Shown here piece after piece: positions 17,539-29,200 of a DNA stretch of 64,000 bases. Numbering within the stretch: the stretch's first letter is position 1; each line of letters begins with the position of its first letter. Both the position numbers and the translations under genes were made by a program. The notes beneath the pieces were generated by a model. The model saw only the letters and a program-made list of their open reading frames with translations, was not told where the DNA came from and made no database searches. The stretch spans positions 1-64,000 of the forward strand of contig CAUYUJ010000166.1 of NCBI GenBank assembly GCA_963575745.1, given 5' to 3'. This DNA is from Prorocentrum cordatum. Taxonomy: Eukaryota.

Positions 17539-18229
17539 TGTGCATGTGCTGTGCTGTGCTGTGCTGTGCTGTGCTGTGCTGTGCTGTGCTGCGCTGTGTA
17601 AGAAGGAGAGAGAGGGGAGGAGGAGACGCGGGTGCGCCGCGGCAGGGAAGAAAACCATAACCCCACGAAACATGTTGGGAAATACGCACGAGACCGACCA
17701 GTGAACGGGGAATGGGCGTCCGAGCGACGGCAATGTGAGGAGTGGCAGGGACGACTGGAGGGAGGGGGGGAGAGGGAGGGACGCAGGGAACACACGAGGG
17801 GAGGAGGGTTGGGACTGGATCTGGATGTCTGGATCTCGATGAAAGGCTCATCGTCAGCCTGTAGGGAGCGTGCGAATAAGCGGCAAGACTTGCAGTGCCA
17901 TCAGCACCGAACAAGAGAGCGTTGCGGTCAATGCCGTCCATCACAGCTGCACCAAGACAGCTTCACGCAACGAGGTATTGACACTGACTCCGACTGAGGC
18001 CGCCCGACAAGTGACACAAAGAGGAAAGCAGCACTGAACAGTGATAGGAGGCACATCGGAGGTCTATGACCTCTACCAACGAACTGCGAGAAGCTTCACC
18101 GAGGCAGAAACTGAATCCCAGAGATGGAGCAACACATCTCACAGAGATGCCAGATACTGTGGCGGGGAACAACCGAATTGAATGCTAACCGCCAGAGGCG
18201 GGGGGAACGAGAGACTAGACCGCTGCACA

Positions 18230-19854
18230 AGGGGCGCGCTAGCGGGGCAGAGCGTGCCGTAGCTCAAAGAGTAGTCCGCATAGGCCAACGGCAGCCCCAT
18301 GAAGATGCCCAGCACCACGTATCACTCCGCCGTATGGCTGTTTTTGAAAGCCGTTGCCTGCGTTAGGGACGCGCTGCCGTGGCGGAACGGGTGGTCCTCT
18401 TAGGTGCCCCGCGCTCCGCCGAGTAGCTGAGCTGGGACGCGGCCGCCTGCGCCAGGGACGCGCTGCAGTAGCGGAAGAGGCTGTCCTCGCAGGCGACCGG
18501 CAGCACCGTGGAGATGCCCAGCACCTCGTAGCCACCCACCGTGTGGCTGAGGTTGGAAGCCGTTGCCTACGCAAGGGCCGGGCTGCCGTAGCGGTAGGGG
18601 TAGTCTTCACACCAGCCCCATGAAGATGCTTTGCTCGTAACACTCCGCCGTATGGCTGGGCTTGGACGCCGTCACCTGCGCAAGGGACGCGCTGCCGTAG
18701 TGGAGGTGGTAGTCCACGAAGGCAAACGGCAGCCCCGTGAAGATGCCCAGCATTTTGGAACAATGCACCGAGGTGGAACACCGATAATTTGTGGATAGAC
18801 GACGGAGCAGCCCATGACCTCGTGGGCGAAGGGCAACCCCGTGGACCTGGCCCCTCGCAGCACTCAACCGCGTGGCTCAGCTCGGAAGCCGCCGCCTGCG
18901 CCAGGGACACGCTGCAGTAGCGGAGGGGGCAGTCCTCGGCGAACGGCAGCCCTGTGGAGATGCCTGGCATCTCGTATCATTCCGCCGTGTGGTTGAGCTC
19001 GGAAACAGCTGCCCGCGCAATGGCCGCACTGCCGTAGCAGAAGGGGTAGTCCTCGTAGGTGAGCGGCAGCCCCGTGGAGATGCCATGCCCCTCGTAGCAT
19101 TCCGCCGTATGTCTGAGCTTGCATTCCGTCGCCTGCGACCGTTACGCGCTGCAGTAGCGGAAAGTGTAGTCCTCGAAGGCAAGTGTCAGTCCCTCCCTGC
19201 ATTGCTTAGCATTCCGCTGTATGTCTGAGCTTTGAAGCTGTCGCCTGCGCCCGGGACTCGCTGAAATCGGGAGCCTTGAGACGGGGGTCGATGCAAACGG
19301 GGGTCAGCCAGAGCGCCGGATCTTGCAGGATCCTGCAGGGGCAGGGTCGCGTTGACCCGGGTTTGGATGCAGGATCCTCCAGGATTTTGCAGGATCCTTC
19401 GCATTGCACCCGGGTTTGGGTGCAGGATCTTGCAGGATCTTGCAGGATTCTGCAAGGGCTGACTGACCCGGGTCTGGATTGACCCAGGTCTGAAGATCTC
19501 CGATGGAAGGGGTAATCCTCGCTGGCGAACGTCAGCCCCGTGAAGATGTTATGCACTTCGTAGCACTCCGCCGTATGGCTGAGTTTGGACGCCGTCGTCT
19601 GCGCTAGCGCCTTACTGCCGTAGCGGCAGTGATAGTCATCGAAGGGGATCGGCAGCCCCGTGAAGCTGCCAGGCGCCTTGGAGCAGTCCAGCGAGGTGGA
19701 TCCAGGTGCACGGGGACGCGCCTGAACGTAGCTGGCGACGCAGCCGCGCATGCGAGTGGGCGCCGCGCCCGAGGGCGCGGCGCGCATGGGCTCACGCCGA
19801 GTAGTCAAAGTGTGCCGCAAGGGGGCATGATGGCTGCGAAGAGAGCCAACATGG
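18230..19854 (-). pseudogene. Decayed retrocopy built from ~120-bp (40-aa) tandem units, downstream of an SL relic
   Basis: Recurrent ggcagccccgtgaagatgcc-like motif at ~18290, 18500, 18612, 18728, 18831, 18946, 19065, 19532, 19651; minus-strand unit FTGLPIPFDDYHCRYGSKALAQTTASKLSHTAECYEVHNI; frameshifted and interrupted at ~19265-19500. Product unknown. Confidence 0.55.
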
Positions 19855-19876
19855 CTTGAACCAAAGTGGCTACGGA
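19855..19876 (-). other. Dinoflagellate spliced-leader relic
   Basis: Reverse complement reads TCCGTAGCCACTTTGGTTCAAG, 20/22 match to DCCGTAGCCATTTTGGCTCAAG, followed by CCATGTTGGCTC (possible second relic). Confidence 0.9.
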
Positions 19877-20149
19877 TGGAGGGATGGGGGGAGGGCGGAG
19901 GGAGGAGGGAGGGGGAAGGAGAAGGGGAGGGGAGGACGAGAATGAGGGGGGAGTGGGGAGGGAGGGAGGACCCCCCCGTGCCGCTCCCTCCCATGCTAGT
20001 GCGCGGTTCCCTCCCTGTCCCCTCTTGTGCGGGCCTCTCATCTTGTCTCCTCCTCCCCTAGCCTCTGCAGGCCTGCGACGAGGCCCTCTGGACCTCGCGA
20101 CCCCATCCCAAGGGGAAACTTGTGGGGTCCAAAACCCGGATAGCAAGGC

Positions 20150-21020
20150 GCCCGAAGGGCGTTGAAAGGCCTGTCGAAGAACTCTGGAAGGACCTGGGGA
20201 GAGCTTCCGAAGAACCTGCCGGAGAGCTTCCGAGCACGCGTCTTGGGAAACGCTTAGAGAAGGCCTGGAAGGCAGTCCTCTTGGGTCGTCTTGGAGCCCT
20301 CTTGGGCCCTCTTGGGCGCATCTTGGGGGCATGCTGGGCCATCTTGGGCCGATCTTGGGGTGCTCTTGGGCAGTCTTGGACGCTGTGAACCTCCGAGCGT
20401 CGTCTATGCCAGACATGCACGTTTTCCGGAGGAAGTGGGACGATGTTTGCTTGTTGGGGCCCTCTGGGAGGGCCACCTTGGACCGCCTCGGGGGCGTCTC
20501 CGAGCCTTCTTGCCGCGTTCCTGAAGCTCTCTGGAAGGCCTGGAAGGCAGCCCTCTTGGGTCGTCTTGGAGCCCTCTTGGAGCCCTCTTGGGCGCATCTT
20601 GGGGGCATGCTGGGCCATCTTGGGCCGATCTTGGGGTGCTCTTGGGCAGTCTTGGACGCTGTGAACCTCCGAGCGTCGTCTATGCCAGAACTGTACGTTT
20701 TTTTTCCGGGGAAATGGGACGATGTTTGCTTGTTGGGGCCCTCTGGGAGGGCCTCTTGAGGCTCTGTTGGAGCTTCTCGGCGGCGTCTAGGGCCGTCTGG
20801 AGCGCAGCATGGGCGTCTTGGAGCAGTCTTTCGGCGACTCGGGGCCCCTCGGACCGTCTCGGGGGCGTCTCCGAGCCTTCTTGGCGCGTTCCTGGAGCGC
20901 TCTTGGAGGCCTGGAAGGCACCGCCGAAGAGGAAAACCATCTCTGAGCCGCACTGGCCGGGACCTGCTCGGGGTGCTTTTGGTCCGGGAGCCCCCAGAAG
21001 CCGCCCCGCGCGCGCGAACT
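20150..21020. repeat. Interspersed 'tcttgg'-periodic repeat with an internal ~280-bp direct duplication
   Basis: 20260-20530 duplicated at 20535-20760; related sequence at 35960-36335 and 56450-56630. Confidence 0.75.
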
Positions 21021-21339
21021 AGAATCGATTGTTAACCCGGGCTACAGCAACAACGGCTTTCGCTTGATAGTTATTTCTCACATTTTACTCAGCAATCACG
21101 CTCTTGTTCGAGACGTCCTTGCAACTTACCCCAGGATCGCGCTCTCGCATTTACGATTAGCGCTCTCGTCGCGCAGGAATCGCGCTCTCGCCTGGGACTC
21201 CCCACACATCATTTAAGAAGTGTGCTCTCGTCAATCAGGAATTTCACTTCCGCCCATGCTTTCATCCCGCTTTATCTAGGACTCGCACTCTCGCCTGGGA
21301 AGTTTTCGCGCTCTACTCACAGCTTGCGCAAGAATGTCC

Positions 21340-21705
21340 CTCCCGCCCGCCCGATCCGCCCGCCAGATCCATCCGCCTGCCCGACCTGCCCGTTTTGGTT
21401 TGCCCGCCCGACGTCCGCTCCGTCCACTGGGTCGGGCCATTCGTTTGCTTGGAGTCCCGCCCGCCCGTTTTAATGTCCCGCCCGCCTGCCCCGCCCGTGA
21501 TGTCCGCCTGCTTAGCCCAGCCTTTTGATATCCCATCCGCCCGCTCCGCCAGTAGGGGTCCACTCGCTCGCTTCTATGGGGGCCCACCTGCCCGCCGTAA
21601 TGTCCCGCCCGCCTGGCCCGCCCAGAAGGGCCCGCCCGACCGACCCGCCCGTTAGGGTCCGCCCGCCCGACCCACCCCTTCGATCCCGCCCGCCCGCTTG
21701 GACTC
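21340..21705 (-). repeat. CCCGCCCG-rich repeat, same family as 63740-64000 in opposite orientation
   Basis: tttaatgtcccgcccgcc and cgacccgcccgttagggtccgcccgcccgaccc are reverse complements of motifs in 63760-63970. Confidence 0.7.
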
Positions 21706-23091
21706 TCTTACTTTGTCGGGACTGATTTGGTAGCTGGCATAACAAAAGGTGCCCTTCAAAGGGGGTAAGCTCATAGACGAAGGGGGTGGGTGTCCAGCAC
21801 TTGGGTATACATGAATCATACGCTGGCAGTTAATCACGATCTGTCTTAACTTTTGGGCGTTGTTGACCCCTTGTGGCTGTTTTGTTGTGCGCCTCCAGTG
21901 GTCACTGGAGGCCTCAAGGACTTCTGGGGAGGCGAAAGGGAGAATGCTAGGCGGCCTTCCAGCACGCTAGTCAACGCGTGCACGCCAGCTCCGCACTTGC
22001 GCTCACCTGACGCCCTCGACGCTGCGTACACCTACCACATTGATCCCAGTCCCTCAGGGCACACATTGATTACGGGTAGTCTTCCGTGCCGCTACTCTTC
22101 CAGCTCGCTGCCAGCAACGACATCAAATGATCCAACCTTTTTTGGCGCTAGTATTGACCAGTCGTGCCAGGGAGGGCAAGTCCCACAGTGGAAGCAGCAG
22201 TAGTACGCTTCGTCTCCTAGTGATTGGCGGTGAGGACTCACACCGACCAAGCATTCACCGTCCTGGGTTGCTTTGATTGAGTGCGAATGCCCCCTCGTTG
22301 TTCACAAACCGTGTCGTCCCGCCTGACGGCTCGTTCCAGTACCCCTGGGCGCTCCGAAGGCAACTCCCACGCGATCCAACCCGCCACGCCCCACGACAGA
22401 CAGTCCCATGCCACCCCCACGCGATTCAACCCGCCACCCCCCACGCAAACTGCTCAACTATCGGTACTCTTTCCAGCACTTGAGGCAGGACGTCATCACA
22501 GTATGCGTCAGCGCGCTGACATATAAGTTACGAGCGGGTCATCAACCGCAGCCGCGGACCAGAACACTTTGATTTGGTCAATAGCAGTGGCGCGAACAAA
22601 CATCTCGCTTCACGCTTCGAGGCCTGGGCAACGAGAGTGTTCTTCTCCAGGGGTGCGGCGTGAGGGTCTCGAGATGGCCGTGCTTCGCGTGGCGCGAAGC
22701 GCGAAGACAGCTGACCTAGTTGCTGCGCCGCCGTGTCCTTTCACGCTGCCTGCGGCCTGTCGACGTTCGATCGGCCTTGCCTCCTAGGAGGGGTGGACGT
22801 TTGCGGAGGAATATCTCGGGGATCGAGCTTCCTGTTCTTTGCCGCCGTCTGGGGGCCGCTTTCGAGGCCCCCAGGGGCCGTCAGAGAGCACCGATGGGCC
22901 ACAGGATGGACGGGGGGCCTCACGGGTCGCTTTGGGCCAGCCCGCGCCCCCCCTGGGCGCTGCAGGCGACAACAAGAAGGCGGCCCGACTCACCCGCGCC
23001 ACTGGGCCCCTGCCGACCCGCCGGCTCGATGGGGACTACGACGAGGAGGACCAGAACACCCCGCGCCCATGCGCCGCCGCCGCCGCCGCCA

Positions 23092-23140
<49 letters not shown>

Positions 23141-25492
23141 GGCCAGCAGGAACGAAGGGCGGCCTCCTCCGATCCCGCGCGTTCCCGCGTGCGCGGGAGC
23201 GCGAGCGCGGGGGGGGCCGTGGAGGACGAGCCGGAGTAGGCGTCAAGTTAGCCAGGTCGAGACAGTCAGATGGCCCCGCCTACTCCCACCCTCCCTCCCA
23301 CAACAATAGGGGAACGAAGAATGACGTAAACGTACAAACTCGGAGGTCCGCGCGGATTTCTCGGATCCGTGCTGGACCCCCCTGGCGACGCCTCCGGCGC
23401 CGCCCCTGGCGCGCTCCGCGTGCCAGGGGGGGTCCAGCGCCGATCCGAGAAAGCCGCGTGGACCTCCGAGCCTTTCTGTTTGTGCCATTCTTCGTGCCCC
23501 TAGACAAATCAAGTGGTGCACAACTTGATATTTGGGATTGGGCCCCCACCTCGCAAACAGAAGGCGCTTGCGCGCGGCCCCGCCTCCGACGACTTGGCGA
23601 TGAGAAAACTGCTCGGGCCGCGCAGGGTCGGGGGCGGCAGAACTTCCGATGGCCGCGGCGACGACGGAGCATGCAACGCGCTGACACAGCAGTGCCGGTT
23701 TCACTCACAAGCGTCGCGGCGCTTTGGCGAGGTCGGCATTTCGCCCGCTTCCGCGCGGCCCCGCTGCCGCTATCGCTTTCGTGCGCTTCGGCGAAGGAGC
23801 CATTTGCCGCCGCGACTGCGCTGGAACGCTATTTTCGAGCCAAATGCGTGCGGAATATGGGCGAGGGCAACAAATCGCATATTCGCGCGGGTTCCCCGAA
23901 CTGGCGAGTGACACACACGCGCCTCGCGGTGGTCAACGCCATTTTCAGCTGAAATCTGCGCGCCGCCGAAGCGGCCGACAACTCCGACGCGGCAGCAGGC
24001 TCGATGTCTTCTGAAGGCTTCCATGCTGCTGCAGAAAACGTGTGCCGAGGTGCCGAAATTGCCGCACCCGCTGCCGACACGATCAGCTGGTTGATGGACG
24101 CCTGCGGGAGGCGGTGAAGGTTCAGCGGGTCTCAGTTCGAGCGGACGTTCGGCATCATATGGACATCGGCGAAGAAGCAGCTGGAGCAGGAAACCGCAGC
24201 TGCCCACACAGCCATGGTCGAAACGCAGGATGAAGCGGTCGCGCTCACGGGGCTGATTCGCTGGCGGGTGTGGCTTGCGGCTTACGAAAGGGCCGCTGCA
24301 GTGCACATTGTCGCGCTCAGCAGCGCGCCTGACGCAGACCCACCGCAGTCCTATGCCGAGCTTCATTGCATGAGCGCAGTCGCTGCACAATGAGCATGTA
24401 TGAGGGACTCAATAGGGACTGCCTCGTCGCGCCGGTGACCGTCACTGGTGGCGCAACCGTGCTCGGCGCCATCGACCGCCATCGGACGTGACACGTCGCT
24501 GAGGCGTCGCTCGTGGGGCTGGTGGAGGGGTGTGTCCGCTCGTCGAGCGGGCCCGGCAGCCACATCGGTTCTGAGGAGCGGCGGATGTTGGGCTCACGAG
24601 GGCTGAGACAGAGCTTTTGAAGGTTCGGCACGCGCGGCCTTTGTATGTAATTTTGCAGCTGTATGATATTCATCCAAAGCCCACCTGCCTCCCTTTCTGG
24701 CCCCCCCTCATTCCCTGAAGCCTCTCCCCACACTTCCCCCCTTCGGCCACTCCCCCTCTCCTCCTTCTCGTCGCCTTGCTTTCATGCCGCCATGCCCATT
24801 GCCATGCCATTGCCCATGCCCTTGCTCATGCCCATCCCTATCCGAATCCCCGTCCTCCATCACCGCTGCCCGCTTTCAGCTCCCCCTTCCCCTGGGCCCT
24901 TTATGGATTGCGGTCCGAACAAAGATCTCGAGGCGAATCCAACCGCGGCGACGAAGGCGCCCCAGCACCAGAACGGGCAAACAGCAACAAGTCCTTTCCC
25001 AGCCCCTCCATCTCTCCCTCCTCCCTGTCATCCTCTCCACCCTGCCTCGCAGGACCCCTGAGCTCCGAGGGGTCGCTGGAGGTCTCTCCGAGACCCCCAG
25101 AGGTTTCCAGAGGCCTCCGGAGGCCCCAACTCGGGCGAACACGCGCAATCAGGCATGCCCAGGAGAAGAGAAGTCGTTCCAGAGCGTTCGAACCGAACAC
25201 CTCTCGGAGTGTCCCGGAACGCTCTGGAACGCACGCGGCAACAGATATGTTCCCCATATTCGCTGGTTCTCAGAGATTCTTCGGTGCTCGATCGTCTTCC
25301 CCTTGCTCCATCCTCGATCCTCGATCCTCGATCCTCCTCCGGTTGCCAAAGGTGCTCCTGGCCCAAGGCAGCTTGTCGCGTCCTTCTGGAGGCCCCCCCG
25401 GGGCCCTCTTGGGGGTCGGGTGCGGCCAGAGGGGGGGGGCGACTGCGGGGGGAGGATCTCATGGCCAGGGCCATGACATCTCCCCAGATCTC

Positions 25493-25510
25493 ATGATGAT
25501 GATTCAGATT

Positions 25511-25561
<51 letters not shown>

Positions 25562-25598
25562 CTGATGATGATGATGCTGATTATGATGATGATGATGC

Positions 25599-25687
<89 letters not shown>

Positions 25688-25741
25688 CTGCTGCTGCTGC
25701 TGATGATGATGAGATGATGATGATGATGATGATGCTGATGC

Positions 25742-25831
<90 letters not shown>

Positions 25832-25953
25832 GGAGGAGGAGGAGAGGAGGAGGAGGAGGAGGAGGAGGAGGAGGAGCAGGAGGAGGAGGAGGAGGAGGAG
25901 GAGGAGGAGGAGGAGGGTGAGGAGGAGGAGGAGGATCAGGAGGAGGAGGAGGA
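25493..25953. repeat. (GAT)n then (GGA)n microsatellite
   Basis: Direct inspection. Confidence 0.95.
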
Positions 25954-25985
25954 CCATTGAAAACCAGAAACTCATTAAATATGTT

Positions 25986-26129
25986 TGTAGAGATTCTTTG
26001 ATATTTCAGGGGCCTCCTTCACACCCGAGGTCCCTGGGAGCCCCACCAGCTGCTGCCGCTCCGCTGGTGTTCAGGCTCAGAGAGCTTCGAGCGCGGAGGC
26101 TCGCACGCGCTCCCGAGGAGGAGAAAACA
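25986..26129 (+). repeat. 5' LTR
   Basis: TGTAGAGATTC...GAGAAAACA; 7 differences from the 3' LTR by my count. Confidence 0.95.
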
Positions 26130-26143
26130 TGGTAGCGGAACCG
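26130..26143 (+). promoter_or_regulatory. Primer-binding site (tRNA-Met-like)
   Basis: TGGTAGCGGAACCG immediately after LTR CA; resembles the TGGTATCAGAGC copia PBS. tRNA identity not verified. Confidence 0.7.
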
Positions 26144-26278
26144 TGAGCTGCTCCACGGGAGCGGTCCACGGCTTGGCTCTGCTGTGGCAGCAGGGCGTCG
26201 GCCGCGGACTGGGCCCGCGGTGGTGATCGACCACGACGAAGGCCTGAAGGCGGACAGCTCCGCCAGGACGGGTCTCGC

Positions 26279-29200
26279 GATGGCGAGTACGACTACGCAA
26301 AACGGGACGTACCAGATCTGGTCGCTGAAGGACATCAGAAGCCATGAGAGCTTCAATGGCGGCCAGGATGAGTTCGAGAGTTTTTTTCACCTTGGAGGCA
26401 GAGGTGGCTGAGATGGGGTGGAAGTCGCTCTATGACGCTGCGGTGGGCCACGCGGGCCCGATAGCTGCAGAGGGCATCCAGAACGCGGAGACGCTGGAGC
26501 TGAGCAGGAACTTGAGCACGTTCCTGGCGATGAAGATGCGCGGGAAAGCGCAGACGATGACTAAGTTGGCTGGTGCTGGCAATGGGTTCGAGGCTCTTCG
26601 GCAGATCTATGCTGACTACCGCCCGAGTGGCGGCACTTCGGAGCACAGCCTGCTGACGACGATCGTGCAGCCGAAGTGGTGGACGAGTGCTGATCACTCG
26701 AGGAGAAGCTTCGCGGAGGTGCTGCACGACTGGGATCATCTCGTCACGCAGTATGAGTTGGCGAGCCACGACACGATCAGCGACAGGCTCAAGTGTGCGA
26801 CCATCTTGGGCTATGCGCCGCTGCCGATCAGGAAGGTGCTCGACGGGGCCAGCCAGGAGGTCAGAGAGAACTGCGCGGTGATGCGGACAAGGATTCGCGA
26901 GCACTGCGTGGAGAGAAATGCCAAGGCTTTCGCCCCCAGGCCACCTGAGGTGGGAGGAGGAGGCCAGGCGCCGATACAGGTGGATGCGGTCGGCCAGGTT
27001 GACGCGATTGGGTTCGACAAGCCGCGCTGCAACCTCTGCAAGAAGCTCGGCCACACGGCCGACAAGTGCTGGTTCAAGGGCAAAGGTGGCGCCAAGGGCG
27101 ACTCCAAGGGTGGCAAGGGCGATGGCGGCAAGGGCGGATCGAATGGCGGACGCGGTGGCAACGCGCCGTCGAGTGACAAAGACAAGACATGCCACTACTG
27201 CAAGAAGAAAGGCCACATCAAGATCAACTGCTTCAAGTTCAAGAAGGATCAGGAGGACAGGAAGAAGGGCACTGTCAGCATCGTCGAGAAGGAGGCCGCC
27301 GAGGTCAACGTGATGGTCGTACCCAGCGAAGTCGACTCTGACGAGTGCGGCTTCTGCATGGCGCTGGAGAGCGACTACGTCGACCACGACTCGGACGAGC
27401 ACCAGGTGGACATCGTCGACCACGACTCAGACGGGCACCAGGTGGACTACGTCGACCACGAGTCGAACGGGCACCAGGTGGGCTACGACGGCTACGAGAG
27501 CGTCGGAGACCAGCTGGAGGACGAGTTCGCGTGCCACGCCTGTGACGACACGATCATCATGGCTATCGGCGACGGGGCCAAGCTCAAGGAGTACGACGTT
27601 GACGACTTTCTGATGCTGGATGGCGGCGCTGACGAGCACTGTGCACGACGAGGCTTTGCGAGACATCGCGTAGTGGAGCCTGCGTCGACCAAGCTGATCG
27701 CCGCCCAGAAGCAGAATATCTCTCTTGATGGTGAGGCCATGGTTCCCTTCACCATGGGGGGTCGAGTGGTTTGCAAGGCCAACTTCAAGGTCGCCCCTTT
27801 CGCTCGGAACCTACTCAGCACTCTCAGAGTCTATGATGCAGGTTTTGACGTGGTCTACTCGCGCAATGACGGGTGCTACGTTGGTTACTCCAAGCCTGAC
27901 GGGAGGTGTGTCAATATTCTGATGGTGCGGAGAAAGAACACGTTCGGGGTCCCTGCCAGCGTGCACGAGGACCTCGAGGACGCCAAGGATGCGGTCAAGG
28001 AGACCAAGCGGTTGCTAGGCCGCTATCCCGACCAGCAGTCGGGCATCGTCGCCGCCAACGAGGACGCGGTGATGAAGGGCGAGGGGGCCGCCCAGGCTGA
28101 TGAAGCTGCAGCGCCTGCGCCCATGGCAGAGGGTGCTGGGTCGGCTTCGTCGGGGTCTGGAGGTGGCGCCCCCGCTTCAGCCCCGCCGGCGGCAGCCAGT
28201 CCGCCTGGGGGCCAGCCAGGGCCAGGGGCGGCCCCCCGCCCTGTGAGGGACCCTGAGGGAGCAGAGCTCGGGCCAGGTTCTCGAGTCGACCTGCTCCGAC
28301 AGCGCTTGAAGGAGCTCGGGGCCGCGATCTACGGCACGAAGGTGCAGCTGTGGACGAGGCTCAGCATGCCGAGCTCAAGCACAAGCAGGACTTGGACTTC
28401 GAGAAGGCGGTCGAGGAGCGTTACCAACCGCAAGTGGACGGCCAGCCTGTGACAGAGGCCAAGGTCGTCGAGGCTCCCTATGCTCCAACGGAGGTTGAGA
28501 ATGAGCAACACGAGGTTGCTGGTCACGCGGTGTTCAAGAAGTGGTGCCCTGCGCGTGTGTTCGGACTGGGACCTGAGGGCCCGCAAGTCAAGCAGCCCGT
28601 GTACGACAGCAATGTCAGAGAGGAGCTGATTTTCTTTGACTGGGCCTTCAACGACACTAGGGACACGGACAATCTCTGCGACGAGGCCGACAAGGGTCTC
28701 GGGACATCTCTTGTGGCTGCAGATCGCAGCACTGGTCTGCTCTACGGCGACGCGCTGGGGAGCAAGGCCGCAGACGATCACACCGCGAAGCAGCTCATGA
28801 GGTTCATGAAGCAGCTCGCGTACCAGAAGCCAGAGCTCAGGTGCGACACGGAGCCTGCGGTGAAGGCTCTCCGAGAGAAGGTCGTGAACGCGAGGAACGA
28901 GGATAACCTGGAGACCAGAGTTTCGCAGGGTCGCGCGCGGGACAGCAAGTCGATGGGCTTCATCGAGACGCGGATCCGCTGGTGGCGAGGCCGCTTGAAG
29001 GCCAATAGGGTGCAGGTGGAGATGGACTGCGGTATCAAGCTCACGCCGCACTCTTCGCTCTGGCCGTTCCTCGCCCACCATGCTGCAAACGTGACGAACT
29101 GGTACTCGCGAGGTGCTGACGGCTATGCGGCTCACTTCGCGGTCTACGGCGTGAGCTACACTGGAGCAGTGGTTCCCTTTGCTGAGACGGTGATGACGAG

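Noticed and set aside
21720..25480. ORFs including 22720-23952 and 23770-24390
   Set aside because: GC-rich open frames without recognisable domains.
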